Assembly (NCBI GenBank): GCA_010015805.1
Contig: ML978126.1
Coordinates: 1,426,001-1,490,000 of the forward strand
Length of the DNA: 64,000 nucleotides
From: Rhizodiscina lignyota
Lineage: Eukaryota
Reading direction: 5' to 3'
The position numbers were made by a program, and so were the translations under genes. This document shows, piece by piece, positions 34,816 to 47,870 of this stretch. Each line of letters starts with the position of its first letter. Position 1 is the first letter of the stretch. The notes beneath the pieces were generated by a model that searched no databases, was not told the origin of the DNA, and saw nothing but the letters and a program-made list of their open reading frames with translations.

Positions 34816-36189
34816 ATGAAGTCCGTCGCAGTTCTTAGCACCATCACCGCGCTAGCCGCCGCCCAGATCTCAACACCACCGGGCCAGAACACCAACATCG
34901 GCATCAATCCCAACCCTAATCGTAACTTCGATCCGGCCACCAACTCGGGCAACCTGGGTCCATTCACCGTCTCCACCGCTGCTACTGCAGTAGCGACCGG
35001 CGGCCCGCAGCCCAACAGCGTTGACCCAGCCACTGCTCAGGCCATGCAGCTCGCTATCCGCAACTGGATGGCCGACACCACGCTAGTTTCCCAATTCTTG
35101 AACGACGGAAAGAGCGTCACGGACAACACACAGTTCCAGAAGATCGCCGATGGAGCTTTCAAGGCCGAAGTTGACGAACTCACCAACAAGGCAGTGCTTG
35201 ATTCGGTCATCGGCCTTGACCCTCGTGTCAGCATTGCCAACCAGACGCTCACGAACGGCTGCTTCCAGTCTGTTGTCGACAACTTACAGATCATGTCCTT
35301 CCAGGGCACGCAAAAGTCCAGTCTGATTGATATCACCAACAAGAACCGCTGCACTCAAGTCCTTCCGTCCATTGACACCTACATGATTGTCGCCGCAGAG
35401 TACATCCAAGCCAGTGGCCAGACTGCTTTCCAGGCCCGCGCTGCCCGCCCAGATGCTTGTGCTAGCATCCTTGCCGCTGCTGCCAACGACGCGACACAGA
35501 TCGCGCCTCTTCCGGTAAGTACTCCCGCTACAATGTGTTCCACTACATCAATCTGACAGCTAGTAGGGTACGCCGTTCGGAACTCCTAAGGGAACTGGTG
35601 ATGGCAACGTCCCGGGCTTGGCTGGCCTGACTATCACTTCCGGTGGCACCGCAAATCTTGGGATCCAAAGCCCAGCCAACTACGCGAATGGCACTGCATC
35701 AGGTGGTAGCAGCAGTGGATCTGCCGCTGATGCGTCCCTGCCGAACCAGACCACTCAGCAGCTCGGCCTTCCTGGCTTCCCCAATCAGGGCTCCGGTGGT
35801 TCGCCAAATGGCCAGAGCCAGAACGTAAGTCATCCTGTGGTGAAAAAACATAAACAGTCCAAGGGAATACTGACGAACACCAAAAGGGCAACACGGTTGG
35901 CTCCACTCCCCCAGGATTGGCGAGCAACTCGAACCCAACTTCGAGCACCAGCACCGGATCTTCCAGCTCGCCATCTCAGTCCGCCACGACATCTCAATCC
36001 GGCTCAAACACGGGCTCGAGCACGGGCTCATACGGAAACGGACAGAATGGAGGACAAGTCCCGCAAAATTATGGCAGTGCCCAGGGCCAACATGGCCAAG
36101 CTGGCGCAGGTAATGGACAATATCAGCAAGGAGGCCCTCAGAACCAGTACAGGCCCGATCATGGGCGTTTCAAGCGCTTCTTCGCATAA
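34816..36189 (+). CDS. Secreted protein of unknown function with Gly/Ser/Gln-rich tail
   Basis: Signal peptide MKSVAVLSTITALAAA; helical core WMADT..VSQFL..EVDELTNKAVLD..FQSVVDNLQ..NRCTQVLPSID; introns ~35514-35567 and ~35825-35888; ends RFKRFFA*. Confidence 0.8.
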
Positions 36190-36555
36190 TATTTTTTGTC
36201 GGCAATTGGAATACCCCTGAGAGCGAGGAGAATGGAGAGGCGTTTGAGGAGCACGATGTACATGACTCAATGTAGAACCAGTGTGACCAACAAGCCAAAC
36301 AAACGCTTGTGTAGGTTTTGTAAATAAGCACGCTGGCATGATATTATTTGTTCAATTATTGCTTGTTTGTTTAGCTTGTTTATAAAACTATTCAAACAAA
36401 CCGTTTCGTGTAGAAAATTTGGCAAGAAGACTAAAGCTGAATATTTCATACATGACTCCTGAGCGCTTTGTGAAACGGGGTATCAAAATTTCCAGAACGC
36501 TTGCTCCGCTTTTCCCCTCTTCTCGCCTTTCAAGTTAAGAATCTCAATAGGCCGC

Positions 36556-37572
36556 CTATCCATGATCCCCTTCGCCGCCGTTGTCATCGTCGCCGTTGCT
36601 ACCGCTATCGTTGTCATCATCACCATCGCCATCGTCGGTGTCCTTTTTGGTATCTGGCCGCTTGTGAATTTGCTGGATATTCGTATAACGCCGTGTAAGG
36701 ATCCAATCCTGGGAATACGCAAACTCGATACACGCCTTATCGAAGTGTCCCATCGTATCTCCCCCTGCATAGCCACCCATATAAGGAGATGTCGCCGCTA
36801 AATGGCCACGCTTGAAAGCTCTAACACCGTGGTACACCATAATTATTTCCCGGTAGTGGACGCGTGCCGTTGGATGCAGCGGCCTCCCCGATGTCAGCAT
36901 GCGGAGACGACTCCTCATACCTCTTTCTCCGGCTTTTGGTTTTTCGATAGAGAGAGGGCTTGGTGCTTGTCTCCCAGTGTATATGACAGCGTGATCGCTC
37001 TTGATCACGCCTTCCCGGGCCACGCCCAGGCCGTCATATGTCCTTATGGGACTGGCCTTGTTAATATACGCCTCTCACGCACATCATACCTGCGAGAGCA
37101 CCTACTTGCAGATGACCCAGTCTTTTTTTCTGTAAGCAACGACAAACATGTGATGTTCCGTGGAATCGTTGAAAATCAGGGTGAATACCTGCGATTATTA
37201 GCGCCTTCCTTGGAATCTGAAGATACAAAATTACATCTCCTCTTTGAAGTTTGTGTTGTTTATAGTCTATTCCTCTTAGCGGGCTGTAGATGGGTATTAG
37301 AGAATACTCATTGCGACTCACTTGGATTCGACACTGCATTGCACTGCTTGGGATGAATTCGAAAAGGGTCGAGGTTTCTCCGATTAAAATTTAGTGAGTA
37401 GACGATAGAGTAGCACTATGCCCAAGCGAGATAAGCTATGCGGTTATCGATCTTACATCGTAATTAGATGAGTGCCATCTTTCAAGGTCCAGCATTGATC
37501 TGCTTCCGACCATCTTCTGTGTTCCTGGAGATTCGTATCCCATACCCAATCAGGGGAGGATGAAGAGGACAT
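36556..37572 (-). CDS. DUF6590-like protein
   Basis: MSSSSSPDWVWDTNLQEHRRW.., several introns, HMFVVAYRKKDWVIC|NPIRTYDGLGVAREGVIKSDHAVIYTG..GERGM..LHPTARVHY..VYHGV. 3' end uncertain. Confidence 0.7.
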
Positions 37573-38399
37573 TATGACATCGGCGAACTAGAAGAGAGGA
37601 TGCTCCTGATAGGGTAGAGAGAGCGAGAAAGCACCGTATGTAGCTTGTCTGAGAGAGGCGATCCCGGCAGTTATTTGAAAGAATAGAGAACAAAGATCAC
37701 AGGAAGAAAAGGAATTTAAGACGATGTCGTACAGCGCATGCCCCTAAATCTCGTCCGTGAATGCCCTACTGGGCGGGGAAGAGGCTTATCAGCTGAGGCC
37801 ACTTCAATGTAAAGGTGTGCCACAAAGGGATTCATTGGAGAAGCAGCCAATGCATCCTTGTCTAAATCGTCACTTCGTATGGCGCTGAGCTGGAGGCATA
37901 TCCACGTGGCAACAGAAAAGGTTGACTTCACGTACTTGGTGCAGGGGCCTGTGGCGTATAGCTGCACCTGAGGATCGATGGGGAATTTGTTGCATCGTGA
38001 TGTTCCAAGCACCCAGGACAGCCCTACGACAGCGCAGAGTTAGTGTATCGAGGTACTCCAGCATACGTTCGCATTCACAATGTGCAAAACAAAACTTAGC
38101 CTTATCCTGTTGAGCCTAGCGGCTCGGGTAAGCCCGCCGCTAATGTTATGCTAGCGTCAGGGCGTACCAGACCAGTACCGTGACAAGCTCTCACCTTCGG
38201 AGGGATAACCTAGGTCTTGATGTTATGAATTTCATCCACTGTGAGATCGATGACCTCACGCTCAGCATCATTTTCGCTACTATTCTGTCGTTACTAACTG
38301 TGCTAATCACTAGCCAGATCCTCACTCCTGAGTGCTCATACCTGAGTCTCTCCGCGTACTACTCTCTTCGTCACCCCTCAACGATAGCCATGCTCTGCT

Positions 38400-38855
38400 T
38401 TACCACGCCACTGATGCGCTATTGCTGTCCCCGACGACCGCTGGCCTCCCTCCTTCCTTATCTCTCTCGATATCTACGTTTGGCGAAGGCCTCTTGAGAT
38501 TGCGGTCGTGATCGAGGTGAAGCGGCAGCTTTTCATCATAAGATCTCACAATGGTCAGAAGGCCACGTAGCGCTTCTACCGCAGTGGCATGCGATTTCAT
38601 CGCCCGATGAAAGCCTTCATATATGCGGAGTTTCTCTTCCATGAGCGTCCCACCTCTAGTGACGCGGATCTGGGCGCCGTAGAGCTTTGCATTGTGCTTG
38701 GCCATAGTCTCACATTCAACGGTGACCGCGAAGTCTCCGCTAGACTTATGTATCGCAGGGAGCTTTTCGAAAGTTGGTTGGCCTCTGAATTCGACGACTT
38801 CAATATCTGTCCAGGGACAAGTGTAGCCATAGTGAGCATCGAGAATGGGACTCAT
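38400..38855 (-). CDS. Hypothetical protein
   Basis: 151-aa ATG ORF with globular-protein composition; no motif recognised. Confidence 0.45.
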   Translation of the reverse strand: MSPILDAHYGYTCPWTDIEVVEFRGQPTFEKLPAIHKSSGDFAVTVECETMAKHNAKLYGAQIRVTRGGTLMEEKLRIYEGFHRAMKSHATAVEALRGLLTIVRSYDEKLPLHLDHDRNLKRPSPNVDIERDKEGGRPAVVGDSNSASVAW

Positions 38856-39631
38856 CTTATCTGAATGCTTGTGAGATGTCTTCGATCATTCATCATTCAC
38901 TACGGTGATGTTACATATTTAGGATTTGTGCCTCCAACCTGTTCGACTCTGCCGTTTCGAACTTGCAGATTCAGCACGCTCCGCGGGATGTCCGATCCCA
39001 TTTCGCACGATCAAGACCACGAAATCTGAACTTGGGGTGTGAATTGAATCTCCGTTGCACCTGTGGGATGACATGGGGAGACGTGGACTGCGGCACGATG
39101 TGGGCTGAGACGCTCGCAAAAAAGGAAAATTGAGGCTGAAGGCAGGTCATTCCAGGGGTGGGCTCTTTCTGACACTAAGCATATTCGGCAATTGATGATG
39201 AATTCAAAAGCGGAAGGGATGGAGGGCTCATATTCTGCTTGCGATCACTGAAGGGGAACATTAATGGGATGTTTCAAGTGATGTTTTCTGATATAATATC
39301 ACTTTGATTTTCTCGACGAAGGTCGATAAGCTATGCTATTCTTAAGAGAAACTCTCAAACCCTTAATCATTCTGAGCCGTGTTCTGTTTCAGCAAACGCC
39401 GTTATGACAATTACCTACAGATGTTTCCATTGTACACCAGACCGATGTTCGGGTAATCCAAGACCTGTAGCAAACAGTATCAAATTCAGAGGGGGCCTCA
39501 GTCTACGCCAAGAACAATGCTGTTATTCGTGATTCGTCCAAAGACACCAAAGTGAAAACGAAAGCTCCATCCACACGCCGAAACCAGGTCCTATAGAAAG
39601 AGAGCAGTGGCCGATGCGATAACGGGATGGA

Positions 39632-41096
39632 TTAGCCATCAAGCTGGAGCTGAAAGATCTCTTCATCCTCGTCGTTCGGGAAGATGTTTAATCCATCAAC
39701 TCCACCACCAATACCAAGTTCGTCCTCTGAGTCGATCGCGCCGAGAGAGTTGATCGCCGAAAAGCGATCAAATTCTCCGCCTGCCTGGGCCTGCTTGGCT
39801 TCTACCTTGAGCTCGCTGTGCACTTTCGATGGGGCTTTTGGAGTTTGGTTCGGCTTCGGCTTCGGATTTGATGAGAGTGTGGCCAGAGGTTTGCGCAGCG
39901 TGGAGCTCGCGGCGCGACCTTTGCTGTAGCCCAGAGTGGACTTTGCTGCTGCTGTCACGGCGGCATGTTTGGCTTTCGCGACGTCGGTATCAGAGCTCTG
40001 GTCTTTTGATGATGCGGTCGATGATTGGCTCGTTGAGGACGAGTTACGAATTTTGCGTCCAAGCAGTCCTTGTCGGGAAGCTGGAGGTGCTTGAGACGGT
40101 TTGGGAGGTACTGATCGGGCCAGAGAAGCTTTCGTTGGAGCAGCGAGCGCCGCTGCTGCAGATCGAGAGTTCAGAGTACTCGCAGCACGACTCCCGCTTG
40201 TCACTCCACTCTTCGTTGCACGTGAGGAAGTGGACTTTGCAACGTTCTGCGTCTCTTTCTCATGGTCCGACTTGCCGGCGTTCTTGATAGGAGATAAGCC
40301 AAGTTCGGCACGCAGCCTCGCATGTGTCTCCTGCCATTCTTTCTCAGCCATCTTCTCCATCTTCGCATCTTGTTCAGCCAAAGCCTTCTTGTCCTTCTCC
40401 TCTCCCTCCTTCCGTCGCTTCTCCATGTACTCCTCGCCAAAGTACACATCCTGCCATCCGCGCGTGAAGTTCTCGCCCTCAAATTGTGGGAATCTCTTGT
40501 TTGGTCCCCAGCCTGATTCTTCATCGTCGGAGGGATGGTCTGGGAGAGGCTCGACTCGAGGAGGCATGTATTCAATGTCTGGCTCCTCCTCGCTCTGAAC
40601 TTCAGCAACCAGTTCCGGCTGGTGGATCTTGACTTTCGGACGCCTCAGCCTTGGACTGACGGTCTTCTGAAGCGTCTTGTCGGCATGGTTGTCAACAGTG
40701 AGCGGTCCGGGCGTCTGGAAGGCGTTGGCTCTGGCATTGGTCGTCTTCATGCCCAGAGGAGCGCGATTTCGCGGTCCTGCACATAGTTAGCGTCTCTGAA
40801 ACCTTGCTCATTGATCAATCCTGAGAATGTTCCTTACCCGCTGGAGTGACGAACGCATTGTCGTCCAACTTCACGGCCTTCTTGCCACCTGCTGCTTGAG
40901 CCTTGCCGTTCGTCTTCAGTGCAGATTTTCCTCCACCAAATACAACGTTCTCATCGTTTCGAGCGACGCGGAAGGGTGTCTTGGGTGCGGGAGTCTTCGC
41001 GCCATATCCTCTCACGCCTTGATTGAGAGGCTTTGCCGCCGCAGTCGTCTGATGGCCGTGTATGAGGTTCTCTTGGTCGTTATGTGCTGAAAGCAT
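39632..41096 (-). CDS. Probable securin (Pds1/Cut2-like separase inhibitor)
   Basis: Intron 40837-40777. D-box RAPLGMKTTN, pseudosubstrate-like EEPDIEYMPP, second RKPLATLSSN, many TP/SP sites, disordered composition. Confidence 0.75.
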
Positions 41097-41436
41097 GGCG
41101 GCTGTGTCGGCTGTTACATTTGCTCAATCTTCTGATAGAGCGAGTGTGCTGAGATTGTTTGTTGTCGTGGTGAACAATTTTCAGGATTGAAAGTCTGAAC
41201 AGGCAGTTTGTTGTCGCACTTGGTTGCTATAGCGACAGGCTTCGCACCCCTGCAGCTGGAAAGCGCCGCGAACGTCGCTTCTTGGCACCAGGGTCTCCTC
41301 GTGAACGCTTACCAGCTTTCACCCACCGCTCCAACTCTACCTTCACGTCAACCCTCGGACATTCCAGACCTGCAAAAAAGAGCCTAAACCTTCCACTTTC
41401 TCTCTATCCAAATCCGACCAACACTCTGACGCAGCC

Positions 41437-42204
41437 ATGGATCAGATCAAGAAGGTAAGTTCTGGGCATTAGGCATCAAAATAACATATCAATTCAAAGC
41501 ACGACCCCGCCATTGCCCCTCTTCAAAAGACAACAATGCACTCAGAACTCCAGTCGCATGTCATTTAACGACCCGAATCTGTGCTCTGTCGAAGCTAACA
41601 AAGACGTGCTCAGAAAATGGCCGCCCTCCGCGTTGAGGCAGACGAGTCCGCGGCGACCGCCGAAGAAATGAAGGCCAAGGTCAAGACGCTTGAGCAGGAG
41701 AACCTCTCGAAAGACCAGGAAATCTCTTCCCTCACACACAAGAACCAACTTCTGGAGGCTGAGGTTGAGAAGCTCGAGAATGGCATCAAGGATGCGAAGA
41801 AGATGGCCGAGGAGAGCGGCGCCACAGGCAGGGAGGCAGAGAGCTTGCAGAGGAGACTACAAGTGTTGGAGGAGGAAGCGGAGGCTGCGGATGCGAACCT
41901 GAGAGACACAAATGAGAAGTACGTTCACAAATCGTCACCCTGCCATGTGGTGCTGTCCTATCTAGATTTCATTTTATTTCAATGCTGTTTCCTAGATCAG
42001 TCTCCTATCGTTTAGTTGCTAACGTTTATCCTGTCTTCTAGGCTCCGCCAAACAGACGTCAAGGCCGGTCACTACGAGCGCAAAGTGCAAGCCCTCGAAG
42101 CCGAGCGCGACCAGTGGGAGTCCAAGTACGAGGAGATGTCGAAGAAGTACAACGAGACAAAGGACGAGCTCGCACGGTTCGTTGCCGAGATTGGCAACAT
42201 CTGA
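41437..42204 (+). CDS. tpmA: Tropomyosin
   Basis: MDQIKK | KMAALRVEADE..KVKTLEQENLSKDQEISSLTHKNQLLEAEVEKLE..LQVLEEEAE..TNEK | LRQTDVKAGHYERKVQALE..WESKYEEM. Confidence 0.97.
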
Positions 42205-42455
42205 GCAATGGACCAAAGAGCGGGCAACATACGTTCATTATCCCCCGATTGTTGTTTAGCATGAACTGTTTCGAGACTGGCGGCGCCTCATCTGCATTGT
42301 GTGCTGGGGAGGGTTTGATGGCCGGATTGGGTGACACCCTGGTTCTTCTTTTGTAGCTGAAGCACGATACACCTCAATGCGGAGTTTCTCATAATGCAAG
42401 ACTTTAAATTGAATCGCAATCCATTGGGTATCAAGAATGAAAATCTGCCATCGGA

Positions 42456-43241
42456 TTAACCGTCTCTTCGAGCTTTCGCCATCATCGAATTCTTCCGGCC
42501 TTGCTTCGCTCTGGCTATCTTGCGATCCCCTTTGCTCTCATATCGGAACTGCTTCCGCCTCTTTTTTGGCCGACCTTCCTTTTCCTTTCTGCGTGATATA
42601 GACTTTTGGCCTGAAGTTTGGTTCGCGGACTGCGTTGTGTGCGCTTTTACTCCATTCTGTCCTCCATCCTCATCAGCCTCGCTTTCTGCATCCTCAGCAT
42701 CTTCATCCGCTTTAGTGAACCCCTCTTTCGATATGTCCACTGCTTCCACCGTCACCGTTGTGTATTTGTCCTCGTCGATGTATTCATCCTCATGGTCTAG
42801 TGATTGTACTTCCGGCGCAGGCTCGTCAAGAATACCAGACCACTCTTCGTTGCTACCACCATCTGATTTGTCGTTCGGGTCTTCTGAGTCTTCTCGTGAA
42901 CCAGCTTCTTCGCCGTTGACTCGTTTCAGTGCGCCATTGACGGCCTTCAAGTGTTCTTCAAGCTCTTCCTTTCGCCTTTGTCGCAACTATGCGCAGCAGT
43001 AATATCAGCATCTACGTATAAAAATGTTTTGAATTATCATTCGACATACCTCTCTCCTCTCCCTGATCTTCTCCTCTCGCTCCTTCTTTGCGGCAGCCTC
43101 TTGCGCGTGCTTTATCCGGGCGAGCTTGCGCTTGTGGAAGCCGGTAAGGTAGTCTGCGCGCGCTGCCGAGTCGAATTGGATCTCTGCCACACGATTTGAC
43201 TTTGACTTGTCGAGCTTTCGGCGCTTGGAGGGCGGAGGCAT
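42456..43241 (-). CDS. RRP17: Ribosomal RNA-processing protein 17 / nucleolar protein 12 (Nop25 domain)
   Basis: EIQFDSAARADYLTGFHKRKLARIKHAQE, EYIDEDKYTTVTVE, KKRRKQFRYESK; one intron. Confidence 0.93.
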
Positions 43242-44898
43242 CTTCTAAAAAAACTTGCTGTCACGGCTGAGAGTCTCCGTCTCAAAATTTCTTAAGGTGG
43301 AGGAAGGAAGACAGGGGTATTCGGTCCGAGCCGAATATCCTTGCTAGCGCGACGTCAATTTCGGATCCAACTTGCACTTCGCGACTAACGAGACCTCCTT
43401 CGCCGCATAATATGTTCGATCAATTCCATTTCACCTCCTGGATTGACTTGTAATGGAAGAGCAAAACTCTCATTTCCGAGAAATGGCTTTCTTTGTGGAT
43501 GCAACTCCGGTCTGAACGCCGAGAGACTCATTTTCTTCGTCACCACCGTTCATGGAGGCGTAACGCACAGGCTTTTCCGCGCTTAGCGCACCACCGCAAC
43601 TAATTAAATGAAAGAGTCTACGCTAGTCGGTATGAATTAAACTCTCCGAATCTTGACTCTCGTCATGTCACCGTTTCTCCATCGCCCTCCATGGTTCAAG
43701 TTCAAGCTTCGATATCCCGGACCAGACCAGGCCTTCCCCGGAGCCTGTGGAATACTCGAACGCGTCAAGGGTCTGCAGCGCCTGGACCTCATCGTGAATA
43801 CGCCTCGAGACTCACCGTTGGGATCAGAGGGGGATTGCGGTACTGGACCGCCTCAATCGCCGTATCAAACCTCTGAAAACCAGGATGTGGTTCTTGCGAT
43901 CTTTGCTCGACTACTAGCATGTGGAACGTGGATTCGGGTTCGACAGCATCGAGCAGGCAGATCAGCTTCGGCTGTATCGATGGGCGAAGATGTGGGGGTG
44001 GCCCATCTTGTATGCATAGTAGGACTCCGTGGGTCGCTACCCAACTATGCCGGAGGATGAGGAGCTGGTGGAGGGCTGGTTGCGCGCAGACGGACAGAAC
44101 CATATACCGGGAGTGGACCTGTTCGTGGTAGGCCAAGCTGAAGCCGGGAATGAAGCCAAGGCGGCTAGATAGGAACTTCTGAAGAATGAAAACGCACGGT
44201 TGCCTCGGCGGTGTCGAGAGTCACTCAATCACTATCGTTTAAGCCTTACTGTGACATGACATTTCGTGACGAGCATGAGGATACAGCTACACATCCTCGT
44301 AAGTTAATCTAGATTATATACACTGGGGTTGCATAATGCAGATAAATAAATAGAATGGAGCTTTAACAAGCTTTACATTTTATGGCGTCAAGAATAGAAG
44401 AAACCTTACGAAGTATACTCCTCCCCAGGCAATACCACTGAATTCATCGATAGATTACGCGTAAATCCACGAAATTTACGAAGTCGACGAAGGCGTACTA
44501 AGTAGACTCCGTTATTAATCGAGTTAATGTTCAATCCTGTCTAGCGTGTGTTGACCTAAGCTCTCAGAGATGCTCCCATTTGTGCTAAAGAATAAAACGC
44601 GTTCTTACTACAGTCGTTCAGGAACATGGGCTAACCTACTTTATCACACGTGCGGATAGCTTGTTCAGTAATCCTAAACAGGGCGCTCGCAACGGAGTAA
44701 TAATCATCCAGCTACATATGATACGTAAACCTCCGCCTTGCACAATACGCATACCTTGTCACGCAATTCCGTAGTCAACCCATCATAGTGTATTTAATAT
44801 AAGGCCACTCTCAGACGCATACTTGCCCAACTTCAACATTTTCGTTCCGCGTCTTAAGCCGGTTTGACACGACTTGAATACAAGCGTACCGCTACAGT

Positions 44899-45762
44899 AT
44901 GGTATCCAACAAGTTCTTTGCTATCGTAGCTGGTATCGGCCCGGCAACTGGGAGATCCGTCGCCCTCCGATTCTCAGAATCTTACCCTGTTGTCTTGCTG
45001 GCTCGCCGGCCGGAAAGCTACAACGACGTCGTTGCCCAGATCAACAAGGCCGGCGGGAGAGCGATCGGTATTTCTGCTGACGCAACAGATGAGTCTTCAC
45101 TCGCTTCGGCATTCGAGACCATAAAAAAGGAGTTTGAGGGGTTACAGCTTGCCGCCGCAATCTATAATGTCCGTCCTAACTCACGGCCGAGCCGGAAGCC
45201 TTTTCTTCAATTGACCATTAGTGACGATTTGGAACCCAGCTTAATTGGCAATATGTATGTTCTTACTCCCTTCACCGAAGCTAGTTCGTCTCTAACGGAG
45301 CGCCGTATCCTAGCCGTGGTCTCTTCATTTTTGGTCAAAAGGTTGTTCCGCTACTTCTCGAATCTGTGGATAGTTCTCCTTACCCGCCAACTCTAGTAGT
45401 TACTGGAGCGACTGCATCGATCAGAGGCTCCAAAAACTGGTCTGTTATCGCGGCAGGCAAATGCGGGGCACGCGCCTTGACGCAATCTCTGGCCAGAGAA
45501 TTTGGTCCGCAAGGAGTTCACGTCGCCCACGCCATCATTGACGGCGGCATTGACGTACCTGACGCAGAGCATGCCAATCGCAATGATGCAACTCCAGACG
45601 GGAAAATAAGCCCCTATGGCGTAAGTGGTTCGAATCATCTGCTGTTAAGCTTGGATGCTGACTTGTTGCAAGATTGCTGAGAGCTACTGGAATCTGCACA
45701 CGCAACACAAGTCTGCTTTCACTCAGGAAATTGATTTGAGGCCTTTCAACGAGCACTTTTAG
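44899..45762 (+). CDS. Short-chain dehydrogenase/reductase
   Basis: IVAGIGPATG, SADATD, AAIYN, VTGATASIRG, AAGKCGARALTQSLAREFGPQGVHVAHAIIDG, IAESYW..FTQEIDLRPF; two introns. Confidence 0.92.
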
Positions 45763-46826
45763 GCAATTTTAATCCAATAATTCACGTAGAACATCACTTG
45801 ATGAATACATCGAGGGATAACATGCTCCTTCGTCTCTCACATCACCTTTCCGAGCTGCTCGAATATTGCCCGGCCACATTCAGTCCGTTCTTCGGTCGAC
45901 ATCCCTGGGCTCGTACGTGAGTGTACTTGACGCGCAACCCCAGCGTGCCGTGCCGTTCAGTCGCTCCTTGTATGCCCTCAGAACCCTATCAGACTATCTG
46001 CGTTGCCGTTCCATCTGATATGGGTCTTGGAGGATTGCCCGCTATCTATGGTTCTGATCGCTCCGGCGGTAGTTCCTCAAGTGCGCGCCGCATGTCATCC
46101 TCGTTGGGCTGAGACTGCCCGATTCCGAAAGCCAGCATTCCCTAACTCATTCTCTTTATGGTCATTTCTCTATCATCCTGCAACACCACCATTCCCTTCC
46201 CAGGCCCTGCAGCTTTGTCGCAGGACTCCATTGCATCTAAGAGTAGCATGCCTTCATGCCCGTGGTCCGCACAACATTTGTGTAGAATATAGAGTACATA
46301 GAGATAGCTAACTTTAACTTTATGCTAATCACATTTATGGTTGAGCTTTCCGCCCCTACGAATGTAGTGTGCAACAGCAATGCGATTTTGTCGCAGCGAC
46401 TAGCGTAACGCAAAATTTCCAGTAGCAAAGGTAATGAGAATAACGGTAACACCGTGTTACCTATGTGGTTTATAAACTATCGCAGCAAAGATCGTAGAGG
46501 GGCGCAGAAGAGATACTGGACTTGAGAAATGCAAAGAGGCTGTCGCATTTCTTGATCACACTCCTGCGAGTCCTTCATACCTTTCTTGCCGTCACCTGGA
46601 CAGACTTAGTTGTATTATGCCCGGTCTTCTTTATACGCTCATCCAGCGACTTCTTTTTGTAGTCGCAAGCGCCACAGATTCCACACCGCCAGATGTACAG
46701 CTTCTGTTGCTTGTTCTTCTCACAATGCTCGTGTGCATTCAGGTATGGAACTGCATCCACGAGCATCAACCTCTCATTGTATTCGTAGTGTAAGGTCAAC
46801 AGGTCCTCTGCAGTCGTATTGCCGCT

Positions 46827-46890
46827 GGAAGGACGTGGTAAGAGGCAGGACGTGGTATAGAGGCAGGACGTGGCATAGTGGCAGGACGTT
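46827..46890. repeat. 18-bp tandem repeat, ~3.5 copies
   Basis: GGCAGGACGTGGTATAGA-like units; one unit is 17 bp. Confidence 0.9.
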
Positions 46891-47599
46891 TCCTAAATAC
46901 GTTGATGAAGTGGCCAAGGCTCTGGGGCGGGCCTGGCTCTTCTCTGGCCTTGCCGAAGTCGATCGCGTCGCTTGATTCCAATATTCAATGCTGGTCACGC
47001 TGCCATAGCGGGTGCAGTTCCTCGATGTTGCGCAGATACAGGAATTTTTGTTCTGCGTCGTACTGTTCCCACAGCTTCCATGCCGCGGCGTCGATTGCCG
47101 TTGAATCACTGGCAGTCGGATTGAGGTAGGCTGTGTGAAGAATTCTGTACGCGTCCACTTCCAAGTCCCACTAGCGGACATGAAGCAAAGGATCAGTCTC
47201 GTCGAACTTCGAAGCGCACAGTTTATGCTTGGTGGCCACATCCTCTAGGAACAGAATGAGCGAGCTCTCTGCTTCTTCATCTTTGACCTTGTTGTTCTCA
47301 ACCTCTGTGCTCCGAACCTTCTCTTGTCGAGTTTGGCTGCGCTAACCATCATCATCTCCAACTTGGTATTCCGATCCACTGTTCGCTTCAGCTGAGTTGC
47401 TTCCGCCGCAACACTTGCAAGCTTCGTCGACTTAGATCTACTCTTCTCTTCTCACTTGTTTTCTTCATTATCTCCGGAGTCCGCAGTTTGGTTGGCGCTG
47501 ATCGTGCGGACAGCAACTCTCGTTGAATGTTGAGTCCCGTTAGCCTTATCGTTGTGGACTGGAGGGGATTCGGTCGAGTTGTGCGCGGACAAGCTGAGC

Positions 47600-47870
47600 G
47601 AGCTTCATCGCAGTAGGTTGGAGCGGGGTGCGGCGTGGTCTTGAGGGAAGGAGTCGTGGGAGCTCGCTGGTCCTGCACTGGAGCAGAGTGTGGAATGGGT
47701 ACACCGAAAGGAGTCGTGAGAGATCGCTCGCCGTGCGCTAGAGCGGACTGTGGTGTGGGGCTACCGAAAGAAGTCCTGAGAGCTTGATCACCGTGCACTG
47801 GAGCGGAGTGTGGTGTAGGCATGCTAGAAGGAGCTGTGAGGGTTCGATCACTCTGTACTGGAGCTGTATT
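47600..47870 (-). repeat. 60-bp tandem repeat, ~4.5 copies, coding TPHSAPVxxDRxLTTP-like units
   Basis: Plus-strand CTGGAGC-like cores recur every 60 bp; 20-aa periodicity in ORF 47388..47960. Confidence 0.85.

Noticed and set aside
43653..44228. NRPS adenylation fragment (LPVYMV-like)
   Set aside because: Needs frameshifts for a few-residue match; no other A-domain motif.
45440..45465. SDR lacking catalytic Tyr (IAAGK)
   Set aside because: Replacement of Tyr in YxxxK is usual in this SDR subfamily.
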